From Marsupella aquatica (taxonomy: Eukaryota; Plantae; Marchantiophyta), in contig OZ316894.1 of NCBI GenBank assembly GCA_973895155.1, positions 16,476,216 through 16,540,215 on the forward strand: a DNA stretch of 64,000 nt, written 5' to 3'. Every line of letters starts with the position of its first letter. Position 1 is the stretch's first letter. The translations under genes were made by a program, and so were the position numbers. Shown here in pieces: positions 24,520-38,853 of the stretch. Under the pieces are notes generated by a model, which saw only the letters and a list, made by a program, of their open reading frames with translations, had not been told where the DNA came from and did not search any database.

Positions 24520-27500
24520 ATTTCAGTTCGAAGTACATGAATCTAATTACCTTCTCTACGCCAGCTCCTGTGCTATCCTCGTGCCGTTTCAATACAATAC
24601 ACTAAAGCAGATTCGTAATTGGAATCGTTGTTAGCGAGTCTGCGATTGTCTTTGTCCATCAAGGAAGAGCATTTATTCTATAGTCAGATAAATATTTGCA
24701 CCAAGAAACCCCAATCTATGCCTTAGTGAAAAGCGCAAGGTGGGGAAACCCAACGAGACTTCTATGCAGCCCCGGGTGCAGCCCTCACCAGGATGGGAAT
24801 AGGTTTCTCCTTCGTTTCTTCTCTGGCAGGGTTGTAAGATCGATTTAGCAAACAAAATCGCCGTTGTGTTTATGTGTACGTCCATGTTTAAGTCCATTGT
24901 ATGCCATAATGCCTTTTACAGAGCATTGGGTGTTATAATGCCCCCAAACATGAGAGCTCTTGAGTTTTGAGGGGGCTTGGGTTCTGAGGGGCTGTTATTG
25001 CACTCTTTTTGAGGACCTTAGCACACATAATTCCTCCAAAAGTGAGAGTTCAGCTTGAGTGTCAGGTTATTACTGACAACAATGCTCTTGGTTGTTTTTT
25101 TTAAGTAGAGGATGTATTCACAGCCTACGAGATGTCCCTTTCTAGTAAATCTAGAACATAAATCCTGGACGGATTTCCAAAGCTAGGATGGACTGGCACA
25201 TGTAGTCTAAATAGGCTCTAGGAGTATCTTTGAAGTGGCTCCTGAACATTTACAATGGTTTAAATTAGTTGCCGTGGTATGATCCTCCCCATGTCACAAA
25301 CTATTACGGCCATTCTTCAAAAACTGAAGCTTCAATCTCCAAACTGATCATTTGTTTGCTCATCCTCAAACCACTCAAAGAGTGGTTCACAAAAGTGAGT
25401 GGTTCACAACAGCGAAAGTGATCATTTTTGCACTTGTAGGAAATGGAGCGAATTATCTCAAAGTTTGTGAGGTAATAGATTGGAAGTAAGAGAACATGCT
25501 TGAAAATTTTGAGATTAAACAAAGATCCAAAAGTTGACCAAGTAAAATGCCGAAAACCAAGAATTTAGAGTGGTGGGGGTGCTTGGACAAATTACTTGAG
25601 GCGTCCTTAACAAAAGTGAAGTTTCCTTCCTAAAGCAAACAGTCACTTACTTTCTGGGTCTAATTGACTCATGACTTGCGCTGTCCATGGGATGGGCAAA
25701 ACAAACTGCTAAAGCCATCTGGGTTTACTATACTATAGTAGAGAGAAGTTTCATAATGAGGTAACCCAAATGTTGACCCACATTCTTGTCCCTAAATGAC
25801 CTGAAAATTAGAACGAAAAACTCATGAAGAGCATGAAGAGTCTACATGGCACATGGGCTAGCCTGGCTTGTGTGCAATAAGGTCTGTTTCTTAAACAACA
25901 ATGTATTTTTCCTTTGTATCTTGCTGTGACGTATACTCATACTACAGATCTTGTTTGAATTCCTTCATAATTTTTCTCTTTATGGATTTCAGGGCATCGT
26001 TGATAAGAAGGTTCACTTTGCTTTTAATAAATGTATAAATGAGGGCATCATTGGATAAAGAAAATTTCACTTTTGCTTTTATTACATTAGTACAAGTGAA
26101 AATTTCCTAGGCCTTTAAGTGTTTCTAATGTGTGTTACCAGAGCCTAATATCACACAATGCCTTGTAGACAGGACTTTACTATAAATCTAACACACCGCC
26201 TAACATGGGATATCCACAGGATAGCTGAGGTCTGCACCAGGGGTTACTAGGGTATAACCCTCAGCCCAGAATGTAGGAACAAACAGACTGGCGGCCATGG
26301 GGAGCTCTTTTGACCATTCTGGATGCAGGATTATAGAGAGTGACCCCAGCCCAGACCTCAGGTTCCATTTGTAATTTTTTTCCAGAAAATGGTTATCCTG
26401 CTATGAATTTTTTTGCATAAGATTATGAGAATAACAACATGGAGTATAAATGGTTACCCATTGGTAACCTTTGTTCTGTACAAGAATACATATAGTGACT
26501 ACACTTCAACAGGGCATTGTGGGCCAGAACTCTGAGACAAACTAGAGAAGAAGTTTCACACTGCCCCGGTCCAAATCTGGACTTCTCCGTAAAACCCTGA
26601 AAATCACAAAGAGAAAAATCTTGAAGGGCATTTAAGCACACCTGCCCCTATAAAAGCCCCATTCCATGCCTCACTATTCACCATTTTGTGGAGCACTTCC
26701 CAATAAAGGGTGTTGCACTCACCATCTTTTGTGGAACTCAGATCCCGTTTTTGAACTTGTGCACTGTATACTGAGAGCTTAAACAGGTACCCTAAACCCA
26801 TAGCTCTTTATAGGTGCACTGGTGTTTTAAGTCCAATCATATTGTAGAGAAATCTTTGGCATGGTAGAATGCATATTAGAATCAGTGCATGTAGGGAAGT
26901 TGATGATGGACCACAAAGGAGAGAGTTTATACAAAGAAAAAGTGAAACTATTCAAAGCCATTCATGTGAGCAACATATCAAAACCTTGGGATCTTTGGGT
27001 GCTTCAGTTTGACAAAAAGACCTGTAAAATGACCCTTATAACTTTTGGAAAGTTCCTCAATGGTTGAGGCTGAGGGATGCCCTTGTGTTGTGAGGGTTGC
27101 TCTCAAGTCAAAAAGTAAAATGTTAGTATACTGGGGCATGTGTTCTTCCAATGGAGTTGATGTTTAGATGGAACTAACGTGTTAAATGGTCTGCATTATA
27201 GTCAAGTTATGGCTGTCTGATGCCTTTGATTAATTAGAAGCAGGGCATACTCCTGACGGTTATTTGAACTCCTAATCTTCAAAATGTCCCAATTATAAGA
27301 AGTGCCACATTTTTGGTGAGTTTGAGCTATGTACCAGAGGAGGATAAATGTTGTGGCATTCTTGCTTTTAATTGAACTGAACATTGGTTAGTAAGCAGGA
27401 AACAGTTGTGAACATGCAGACAATATACTCAACCGGGTCTTAATCTCAACAGTATAATTGGTTTTGCGTACTTAGAGCAACTGCACCAGTGGTTGCTAAA

Positions 27501-29546
27501 AGCGGCCTGGATGCCAAATATCCAGGCCCGCAGCATTTTTGTGCTCACAACCATCCACCTAACCCCTAAACAATTATTGGGGCGCCTCCAAACAACATTT
27601 CCAGACCGCCACTTTTCGGTATTTTCCAGGTCGCCAAATGTTTTTTGCCTTCTCCGCCAAAACAAATCAATGTTTGTAGTGCAGCCACATGTCGCACATC
27701 TGTTCACTACTCCCTCCCGCCATGCACTGCTGCAGGAGACCATAGACATTTGGGTGGGGAGACCTGATGCAGGCTCTCGACCAGTGCAACGGGGAGGCAA
27801 GCTTCAGGCCAGCAAATGCTGAATTTCCCTTTACAGGCATTGGACCAGAAAACGGGTGCGGTTGCTCTTATGTAGGTCCGATTCAGACTGGGCTAAAACG
27901 GGACTGCTTATCCTGGTCCAAAGTTTTCAGAAGCAGGTACGATCTTTCACTTTTCATGTTATTTGATAACGGATACCAAACTTAATTCCCTACGTACCTC
28001 ACTGAGAACTCTCGACGATAAGGAATTATTCCAGAAATTTCGGAGAGAGCCAAGTTTGACTTCTGGTTTTTGCCAGAGGAAACTACTCAAGGCCCCGTTT
28101 ACTAAGTTAGCATAATACCTGGCACACTTTAGCAAATGGGCAAGTGACTTAGTACCTCGGCCACCCAATTAGGAGCTGGCCACGCACATCGGCGAGTTTC
28201 TAGACACCATGGACTCCGGCTTGATAAGCAACAGGCTCAGCGAAATTGTAGCCCAGCAAAATATTGGGAAGTAAAGTAGCTGGGAAGTCAGTGACTTTGA
28301 TGAAACAAAGGCCTCCCAGACCCAAAGCACGACACTACTGGAGAAAGGGAGTATTGCCAGTGCCTTACACGACTGCCGATAAATTGCTTTTCTCGTTCAA
28401 TAAGTTTCCAAAAATAACAGCTCAAGTGAATGTAATACTCGTCCACATACTACTCCTTCAATGGGAATTGGACTTGAATTGTCAAAAATGAATTTTGCCT
28501 TCCTGCAGTCCTACAAACCCGACTACCCACGAGCAGGTTGCTCTACTATGTACCGACTGTCCTCTCTCAATACTCTACATTCCAATTTACAGCTAGCTTC
28601 CTGAACTTCCGTAGCTCGAGGCAAAACACATTTGAAATAGCGGTAAACCCATGCACTCCAACAGATCCCTGGAAGTCTCAACATACAAAGTACTTCAAAA
28701 CACTGATAAAGGTCACTTGGTCAGCTTGAGATACCAGTTGTAGGTGAAGTACATACTTCGGTCAAATGTTAAGGAATTCCCATCATGTCAAACGCCAGTA
28801 ACTACTTGTTCAAATGAGCACCGGTGTCCTCACCCCCCACTAATTGACTTCGGCCTTTCTTGATGGTCCCAGAGTGCAAGCAAGAAATTTTGATAGAACT
28901 GGGACGCACAATATAGCACTGCCGCGAAAAACGTAGACCGCATTAAGTCGTAAACCTGGTTGAGGAAGGAACTGTTAAAATGAAATAAACTTCACAACAC
29001 GTTACTACCTATGTTGCCAACATAACAAAATCCTTTGCTTAAAATGGGGTTATATCGTGCCAAGGATGGGCAGTACATTTTCCAGACATTCTCGCAAAGC
29101 TTTTCGAAATGCTCCAAACATGACTATTCCTGGTCGTTTCCTACAGTATGATTAAGACCTTGTATGATATTTCAAACTAAACTCAAATCTATCAGGCATT
29201 TACTCATAAGGTGTATCTGAATTCGTCATCTAACAAGCGAAAAAGAGTGGCACCACCAGACTACCTGACAAAGTTAGCGCTCCATTCGTACCCAAAGGGA
29301 CAACTCAGGTGCAAAGCACAAAAACATGTTCTAAGCTTATTACACCTTCTTTTACAAAATTCATAATCAGAGCATGGTAGTATACCATTGCGATCAGAAA
29401 TCTCCCTCCAGCAAGGACACACGGGAGACAACAGCAAAGCTAAGGACAACATACGAATTTGCAAGCAAGGTGGGAAACCAGTAATTGTTTGACAAGCTCT
29501 CAGATGCCCAAAAAGCACTAGGTAATACCTGGGTAGCCGCAGTGCC

Positions 29547-32437
29547 TCAATTGGGGACTGAATACCTGTCGATATGCAACCACTTTGTCGCCGACCACTT
29601 CTCTCCTTCTATAACTGGACACCCACCTGTAGTATTGAACAAAGAGAACTCACTCCTCAGGGGACTTCCATTGTACACAAGAAAATGCCAACCTGATGCT
29701 AAGAACAGACTTCTCCTAAAGAGCTGTAGACTCGAGCGTAGATCATACTTGTTTTTCCCTTAAATCTAAAACTGGACTTCAAAAATCTACCACGCTACTC
29801 AAGTCCATAAACCTTCCTGCAAAGTGTAAAGGGGACGACAATATACCATGCAGGCTTTTTGGATCCTTTTGTGTATCCGGATCCAGACTCCAAAACAAGA
29901 GTGCCATTCCTTTCTTTGGTCTAACCGCGAGACCAGCTTTGGCACACTGGGATTGACCCTCCCAATCGTGTGTTCTGTTGTTCACCGACGCAGCTGGAAA
30001 CACCGTCTCACCTCCAGCCGCAACATCTGACCTGCTCGTAAAATTTACATTACGTGTGAGGGATCTTAAACATCCGCCTTGCTATCGGCCAACCCAAAAG
30101 TGGTACTGCCGATAGTGAACCCCGAATTTCAGCCGACGATCGTAGACATATTTGATTCTTTTCAAAGCGATAGGCAAGAGTTTCAACTGGCGGGCATTGG
30201 CACATTCAAATCAAGCAGGGAGGATAAACAAAAAAAGTTAGGTGCAAGAGCAGACACGTTGCCCCGTCCCCTTTTGATTTTGGAACGCTTGGAGATTTCG
30301 ACTTAGGCAAAGTCAATCCCAGGTCATAACAATTACTAAGCCTGTCTCGAAAATGGAATTCAAACACTTCACTGCAGCAATTCATTACTGTACCCTAAAC
30401 CCTAAACTATACAGTGCATAAGTACTAAGTCCAATGCTTCCTACATTCCTTTAGCTTCGTAGACCTACTCCTGACGAGAACCATACTGTTGTCCAATATA
30501 ACGACAATAGCTAGCTGTGGGAAATCAACCAGAGCTCATAGGAAACTGATAAAATAACTTACAGGTACATTAGAACTGTAGCAATTCGCTGTCCGCCATT
30601 TTGCGTGTTGAACGTATCATGGAAATAATCGTAATGAGCCTCATACTTTTGTCCTACTTCATAATGCAAAACCTGCAAGCCTTCGCCATGATCTGTGCCA
30701 AACAACAAAATCGTAAAACCATCAAGTCAAATCTTCCATAACGCCGCGGCACTCGTCGATAAATGAGCAAAGGTGATCAGGAAATCGGCTCAAAGGCGTG
30801 ACATACCTACGGGTATCAAGGTGAACTGCGCAATCTTTTCTTCGATTCCCTTGATAACAGGATCTTGTCCTCGATTCAAAAATGTTCCAGAGCTCGTCCG
30901 AACTCTGTTACCAGAAGACATAAATCAAAACGAGAAATGACTACTCTAAAATAATTGTACTACTGTCACCTCAATCGATGTGATGCGCATCTCCAGTCTC
31001 CAAGGCAGGAATGCCTTTTTCATAAAAAAACAACAAGGTAACTCACCGACTGTCTTTACTTCGCCCTGTTGCACTGTCCACAACAGTTGATTTCACCATC
31101 TTTGGCTTCGCAAGTTTGATCAAATAGTCACATTCATAGTCAGTCTGCAGAATCATGAGTTCAAAGCGTTTTCAGGGAAAACAACCCAAATCATCCGAAT
31201 AGGTGATTGCGCGAGCCTGTATTCAAGACTTCAGGGATTCTTATCTGCCGACAATATTCTTGGTAAATTAGATTAACACCTGTAGACGTAAGACGCTTTC
31301 AGAATGATATTTCCCAAAATGCCTAAGAAGCCAATTCGGGTGGGTCTAGGTTAAGCTGACTCGAAAAATAAGTTAGAGAATCTCAGAAACGAGGGACAGC
31401 ACTGGGTGCAAGTGCTTTGAGACCAGATTTCATAAAGCTCCTACGAAGGACAAATACCAGCATGTTGTAGTAAACAAATGCACGAGGTTCCCACGAGAGC
31501 ACTTCCACTTTCGGCGGCGTAACCTGCCCGTCATCTCTGCAGAAAAATATGAAAATATTCCAACGAAAAGGAAGCAACTTCAGATCGTTGAAAGCATCCA
31601 CGAGGAAAGAAAAGGAAGGAACAAAGACGGTAGTTCGTTGAACAACGGTTAAACTACCTCGACAAACTTGTAGACCGAGGGTTTCCAATATCACACAACT
31701 CCTAGTAAGATCTATCACCGCTGCGGCAAGATGATTTTGAAGAAAACCTTGCGCATCTTCATCGAGACAGTACGACCTCATATAGGGTGATATCAGGGAT
31801 TTCGAAGACAGGTGCTTGTGACAAAATCTGTCTATGCCTGATTTGGAGGAGTCCCAAGCACTGCGGCAGGGAACCTTCACTCTCCACTTGTGTTTGCATG
31901 GCCGAGCAACCACATCGAAACGAGAATCCTCCCCTTAAAAATAAAATGGACGGAAGCCGTCTATTGTCCTGTTTACAGCTTCAACTCCTAGTGCCTTTCT
32001 CGCTCTTAAGTGAAACTCTCCCCATTAAACACAAATTGGAGAAACGAACGTTTACATAAAAGACTGAGCGGCTGCCAGTACGATATTTGCGCCAAGCCAA
32101 ATAGAGCCTTAGAATAGCCCAACACCACATTAAGCCGATAGAATGCCAATCGGAGCAGGGGCAGAGAATATTCGAAGCACTAAGCTGACAAGAAGTAAAG
32201 CAAAACTAAGAGCAGAGATGGTGAGAGAGATTACAGTGCGGCTCTGGCGACCAGCTGAGGATTTTGCAAAGCGATGGTAGCCCCGCCTTTCTGAATCTCA
32301 GTGTTGTTGCTGGTCGGTAGCCCAACGATGTTGAAAATTAGAAAGACTAACAATGCGGCCGACGCCATCATCACCAAGGTTATCACCGATCGTGCTCTAG
32401 AGGAAAAAGGCCGCGATCCCCGCCCTCCACCTGCCAT
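29547..32437 (-). CDS. P4H: Prolyl 4-hydroxylase (2OG-Fe(II) oxygenase, type II membrane anchor, no ShKT tail)
   Basis: Exons 32437-32235, 31536-31458, 31144-31047, 30904-30807, 30692-30563, 30031-29847 and 29626-29547. Motifs: LSWEPRAFVY, VRTSSGTFL, GEGLQVLHYEVGQKYEAHYDYF, GGQRIATVLMYLSDV, GGETVFP, SLHGGCPVIEGEKWSATKW. The H-x-D...H and Lys ligands are present. Confidence 0.96.
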
Positions 32438-33799
32438 TTTGTGCTCCAGAGGAAACACGTCGACCTTTCCAGGTGCACCTTGGATCCTCAGAAATCAATG
32501 AAAAGGCTAGCAGCGCGTTCCTACTACCACGACCACAATGCTCCCCTGCGTGCGTGGATTATTTCGAAAGCGAGAGATGCAGATGGAGATCCTTCAACTT
32601 CACGACGGGGATGGACACGCCAGTCTGAAGAGCATTGATCCTCTCGCGCGCGGTCCTGAGAAACATCCACCTTTAAGCCATCTTTGAGAGAATTTCAGCC
32701 AAAAAATCCATAAATTCGCCGGACCCCGTCCTAGCCTGTGACCTTTCTCAAGCCGGAACGATGGACGACACCAAGCCCTACAGTACGCATTCAAAACGCG
32801 TCGTCCCTCACGAGTTCAATCACCACCCATCCTTTCTGCTGCTCAGCTCAACTGCCCCAGGCCGGTAAGTCTTTTTCGGAAGTGACTTTCCAAAGTGTAC
32901 TAAACCTCGCCACCGACACGAAAATACGATAAGCGATCGAGAAGGCTTGATTATAGTACCTTCTCCTTCACCCTTCCCTCGCAACTCTAATTCAACCGGT
33001 TGCAGGCAACCAGCAGCAGGCCAGCCAGAGGAAATTGATGACAAATGAGCGTAACCTCTCTCTGCCTGCCCGCCACACCACAGCTTGAAGCCGAACTTGC
33101 AGTCAGGTCACAGCACCAGAAGCCTTTCGAACGAATAATAATAATTGCCAAAACGAATTCTCTCAGCAGTCCCTGGTGTGGTGAAGAGAGAAGGAGACCA
33201 GAAACTAAATGAAGATCGATTCCATCATTCCACCGTCGAAAAACAGAGACGGTTGACAAGTCAACGGAGCATCTGCTTCAACGAAGAGCGAATAACAGCA
33301 GCGAAACGGAATGAACCAAAAAAAACCTCGAGGCTACTGAACGTCTGCTGCCTTTTCGGCTTCCCTCACATGAGCGCGTGAGTGCGTGCAATCCACACTC
33401 GCTCACTTGACTGTCAATCAATCAACGAGAGGCGGCCCTTCGTGCGGAGAACTCGGATCGATCGTCCGCTCTTCGGGAGAACGGCTCAAACCACAGAATG
33501 GTTGTGTATGACGGCAGTTATTGCAGATCCCAGCTTCTCGTACCAGATTCGATCTACTCTGACGGGAACGGAATGGCGGAAAAATGGGACTTATTGCAGG
33601 ATCGAAGCTGCGGAGGAATTCCTCGCTCCTCACCGCGGGTTTTGCTCCAGAAATCGATCGTCCTCGCGTTCAATTTACACTCTTGTACCGATTCAACACT
33701 CGTCTTCCTTGCCTTAGAGACTCTACGAAGGATTTAAACCCCTGTTTGAGATTCTCCGAACCGGCAGAGAATGATTCTCAATGACTGTTACTGGTCAGT

Positions 33800-34074
33800 A
33801 ACTTACTCAGTGACTCAGTCGCGTTACAGTAACGAGAGTTGGGTTGTGTAAAGTAGACGTCTCGTGACACCTCCAAACACGAAGAGTCTTGTTTGGAGTG
33901 GGTCTCGCGTAAGGTTGACAGTACGTCACCGGTTCGGAACTTACTCAGTGACTCAGTCGCGTTACGGTAACGAGAGTCGGGCTATGTAAAGTGGACATCT
34001 CGTGACACCTCCACACACGAACTGTCTTGTTTGGAGTGGGGCTCGCGTAAGGTTGACAGTACGTCACCGGTTCG
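33800..34074. repeat. 138-bp tandem duplication (two copies) with internal hairpins
   Basis: aacttactcagtgactcagtcgcgttac...cgtcaccggttcg starts at 33800 and 33938, with a few substitutions between copies. Confidence 0.92.
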
Positions 34075-34884
34075 TTTCAGGTTCGGTGGGCTTTTTTACC
34101 GTGCGGTACGAGATTTGGGGTCGGTGAGGCTTGAGGTGGGGCCCTAGGGGTTTAGGCCTACCATATGAGTAATTAGGTTCGAGCAAATAATTAGTCAAAG
34201 AGATTGGCACCGAGCGAATAAAGCCAGCACACAATTGTTGTCCAGAGATGCAAGAAAGAGTCACCTAATGAAGCACAAGTATACCAATAGGATTAATAGA
34301 ACCTATCCATTTGGTGCTTGTTTTGAAGAATTTTTAAGAACTCTTTTAGATATATCTGGTTGCCAAAAAAAACTATCATGCAAATCTTTCCTTTTGTGGT
34401 GATTTTGTCATGTTGTTTGGAGAATTGTCAAGAAAGAGTCACCAGTCAGGCCTGGTTAAGCAAGTTTGTGGATAGGCTTTGTCTGTAAACTTTTTGAAAA
34501 AATTGCACTTAACAGTCATGACCTTTGCCAATAACTAGGTCTAACAGCCCTAAAATTTCTCTCAATTTTCCTATCACCATAAGGTTTCTCACAGGACATT
34601 TCTCACAAACACTGTTGTCAGTCTAGAGCACTCACTTCACTTAGGAGTGTACTACAGAAAAGACAACTTTATAAACCACAATACAGGCTGTCCCATGAGC
34701 TAACTAAATCCCAGGAAAGTCTGTAAACCTATGTCTCAACTCCCCACATTGTTCACGAGTACAACCTGCACCAAAAATGTCTACAATGGTTTGAGTATCC
34801 CTCTTGGTGATTACGGGTCCAGTTAGAGACTTCTGTAAATTTGAAAATTCTGTGAAAATTCCACGTCACCTTGTAAATATCCAG

Positions 34885-35130
34885 CCATTAGATGGTTTGA
34901 ATCCAACCATCTACATCCATTTTGTGTGTGAAGACTCGTGTGAAGGCTCATGTGGCCTCTCAACTGAAAATGAGTTTTCCTACCATTAGATGTTATGAAT
35001 CCAACCATCCAGATTCATGTTGTGTGTGAATACTCGTGTTGTCTCTTAACTCAAAAAGAACTTTTACACCATTAGATGTTTTGAATCCAATGATCTATGT
35101 TGCTTTTGTGTGTGAAATCTCGTGTGAAGA
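34885..35130. repeat. Three degenerate direct repeats (86-98 bp spacing)
   Basis: ccattagatg..tgaatccaa...ttgtgtgtgaa.actcgtgt at about 34885, 34983 and 35069. Confidence 0.8.
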
Positions 35131-35599
35131 GTAATGTCACTTCTCTACACAAACAACTCTATTAAACTAAACCTATCCATGCTTGGATGTTGACATAACT
35201 AGATTATGCCCTTTATGGTGCCTAAGGAATAAGAAGAACTTGGGCAGTAGGTCGGCTTTGAAAAAAATCAATATTTGAAAAATCTCCAGCTTGGGTATTA
35301 GGTATATTTTAAAAGGAAATTTAATTACAATAAAGTAAAATAAGCTTGGTAAGCAACATATAAAGCATTTTCTCAACCTCTTGAAGCCATACAAGTAAAA
35401 TGGGAAAGAATATTAGAAATATAAGGAGGGGTGAAAGATCATGAGGAAGGTGGGGTGAATAAGCGAGGGTTTGATCATGGGAAACTTACATTGAAGTTTA
35501 ATGCAACGATTAGTACAATGTTAACATGTGGAAGGGTCCAGTTATGAAAATATTGTTTTGAAGTGGTATTGAATGTTAGATTTTTGGAATGTAAACTCT

Positions 35600-36290
35600 A
35601 GAGTATTATAACCTTGTTTTTAAGTTACAACTTGTCAAACAATACTCAAACCCTTGAATATATGTGTACCAACTGATTTAACTTATGACAAATGGGATCA
35701 AACATCATAAAGACCCTTGTAGATGTGTGTACCAAAATGCCTTGACTTGTAACCTTCCCGGATAACCTAATTTTGATTTTGAAGTTACAACTAGGGTCAA
35801 CCAGTACACTAACCCTTGTAGATGTGTGTACCATAATATCTCAACTTGTAGTTACCTTATATTGATTTTATAAGTTACAACTGGGGTCAAAGAGTACACC
35901 GACCCTTGCAGATGTGTGTACCAAAATGCTTTAACTTGTAACTTTATATTGATTTTGAAGTTACAAATGGGGTCAAACAATACACCAACCCTTGCTGATG
36001 TGTGTATCAAAATGCTTTAACTTGTAACCTTATATTGATTTTATAAGTTACAATTGGGGTCAAACAGTACACCGACCCTTGCAGATGTGTGTACCAGGAT
36101 GTCTTGACTTGTAACTTTATATTGATTTTGAAGTTACAATTGGAGTCAAACAATACACCGACCCTTGCGAATGTGTGTACCAGAATGCCTTAACTTGTAA
36201 CCTTATATTGATTTCGAAGTTATAATTAGGATCAAACATTACACCGACCTCTGCATATGTGTGTACTATAGTTTATTGCCTTAACTTGAA
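35600..36290. repeat. Tandem minisatellite, ~86-87 bp unit, ~8 copies, each with an internal inverted repeat
   Basis: acccttgcagatgtgtgtacc recurs at about 35713, 35812, 35902, 35988, 36074, 36161 and 36247. Each unit contains ttgtaac...gttacaa. Confidence 0.92.
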
Positions 36291-38574
36291 TAATATGATA
36301 TGGACCTTATAATTATAGTACCTGATTGATAATAAACTTAAGTGAATAATTTTAGGTACAAAGAGCTAACTTCCCCATTTTGGGAATCCAACAAAGGGCA
36401 AAATTCACTTTCTTAATCTGTAATGCCCTAAGATAACCATAACAATATGAAACAAGACTACAAAAGACTCATCTATCGACCAAGAGCATTGCTTTCCACA
36501 AATAAATTGCAAATTACAATTACTTATAGTTTTGTTAAGATTGCATAAATCTATTGTGTTGATTCAAATAAAAGGTAAGTGTTGTGGCAAATAATTAATA
36601 TACTAATATTTGCACATCCATATATGATAATGCTACAAATTTTTAGCTAATCTGATAATTTATTTGAAAATAAACATTATTATGATAAATATTACATATG
36701 TGAAAATTAGATTTTAAAGTATAGATAGATTTCATGCTTGATTTAGCTTTATGAATGAACAACTTTAGCAATCACATTTATTCAACGAGGAATAAAGAGA
36801 GAAACAAACCTCTATTTCAAGCTTAGATGATAGCTTGGGGTTGTTTCTTAGTGATGCCAAAATTTGTCTACAAACTCACACAAAATTGCTCATGTCAATT
36901 GAATGGACAAAATATCAAGTCACTTCACAAATAACAAATAAACACAAATTCTAGTCATAAAAATATACACTGATATAAACATTTACCTTGATGGTAGTCA
37001 CCATGAGAAATCTTAAAAAAATATCTTGTATGCCACTTGAGCCTAGCTCCCCCTAGGCCTTATTCAAACATATTCCTTGAATACACACCAAAAAAGTCAT
37101 AAGCATATTAATGTCAAAACTCACTTGCACATTCAAGATTAATCAACTATTCTCAAAACATTAAATTATTCTATTATTATAAAATCTCTACAAAAATAAG
37201 GCTATGACTTTCTATTGATTAGTAAAACATACATTTAAAAAACAGAAATGAAATTAGTATGGTTCTTCACTTATGAAGGTGCATGTATATAAAGTTACTC
37301 TCTTCCCAACATGATCATTATGATTCTACACTTATGGGTTTTTTCTTTGTTGCCATTTGCCATTAAAATTGATGAGAATTTTGATTTTGTCATTATTAGA
37401 CAAATCATGATGAATAAATTACACTTTCCAAACAGAAAGTATACTTGTCTCCCAAAAAACAATTAAAAAACCAATGCTATAAATAGTTTTTGAGTTTATG
37501 AATTTGTTTATTAGTGATGCCAACTTTTATTATGCAAACTTCAAATACTTTTAAAAACATCTCATAATTTTATAGACAAGTCCAATGCATAATTATCCAT
37601 TGCACAAAAACATTGCAAGACAATGAAGTGCAGGTGATTGCCTAGCTCCTTGCCTCCAAGATAGTTCATTGCTCACCCTTGTGATGAATAATTTGTCACT
37701 CGAACAAGCCAGATGATTGCTACAGTGAGGAGTTGCAATGTGAATTACATAGAGAGGTGAAAAGAAAATGAGAGAGGTGGAGACAAACAAAGGATGACAA
37801 TATTATGTAGCACGCTAAAAGCTCCTTCCAAATTCTTGGCACTGTATTTGGGCACATCATAGAGTTTTGGCAGACTTGATAACCAGGAAAGACCAGGAAA
37901 GAGAGTTAGTCGGGAAGTTAATAAAACAAACAAATACAATATTACCACTATGTTAAAAAAATTGAGCTGGACCCACATACTAGTTGATGCGAGTTAGCCT
38001 TCCCTTAAGTAGACAGGTTACATATAAAAAGACTACAGTAGTGTTTGGTGAGGGTTACTGGGTTGTAACAGGGTCACCCCGTTCCAACCAGAAGCAACAC
38101 TCTGTAGTACAATTTTCTATTCTTACCAAAATAATCATTGTTCATCAAAAAATTGCCCACTGGTGAAATGATAGTAACTTTAGATTATATCTACATCTCA
38201 TTTTCCCTTCAGTCTAGAGAGGTTGGATTAGCTTGCATGAACTGTCCAATACACTTTATTGTGTGAGGTAAATGGAATGGGTTTTCAGCCCATTCTCCTA
38301 GACAGGGGATGGCTTAATAAATAGGCATAATACTAATATGTATCTTGCCACAAAATGTTTTCTATTTATCCCTGTATTTATCACAATGCCATTGTTTTTG
38401 TTTGAGTTAAGAAAATTAACTCATTAAGTTAGTTCCTTTACATCCAATGGTTATCATTGCACCCAGTTTTGTGGTCAAACGGCCTGGATCTTCCTCAAGA
38501 TGACTTTGATCATCCTGGGGTCAATTGACCAAGGGGCAGGTCGGGTGAACCTGTCCTCCCACAGAAATGCATGG

Positions 38575-38853
38575 CATTTTTCAAAGGGTCAGCATTGCAC
38601 AGCCCGTTGCACAGTAGCCAGGGATACCCATGGATCCAACAAGGGACTCTACCAGGATGGAGAGGGAGTTAAATAAGGGTCCCAAAGTGGGCAAACGAGG
38701 GTGCCAAGAAATAACTACAGTAGTACTTCCCCCACTACAGACCCCTCTCCAAAAACACATCCTCCACACCTCTATGTCCAGAGGGGGGTTGAACCTGGGA
38801 CTCTCGATCCCTGGCCTTATCCGTGGCCAACATACCAAAGCTAGTTGGTTGCC
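38575..38853 (-). mobile_element. Candidate tRNA-derived SINE
   Basis: The minus strand starts ggcaaccaacTAGCTTTGGTATGTTGG (A-box-like) and has GGTTCAACCC (B-box) at 38795-38786, followed by a GC-richer body in AT-rich flanks. The 3' boundary is uncertain and no TSD was established. Confidence 0.4.

Noticed and set aside
26630-26720. TATA-like cctataaaa plus aataaa suggesting a solo LTR
   Set aside because: No TG..CA boundaries, TSD, PBS or second copy could be identified.
27487-28240. Short inverted repeats (cagtg..cactg; ttggaccag..ctggtccaa; ggccccgttt..aacaggct) suggesting hAT/Tourist MITEs or miR166
   Set aside because: The TIRs are too short or imperfect, there is no convincing TSD, and the miR166 match is limited to about 9 nt.
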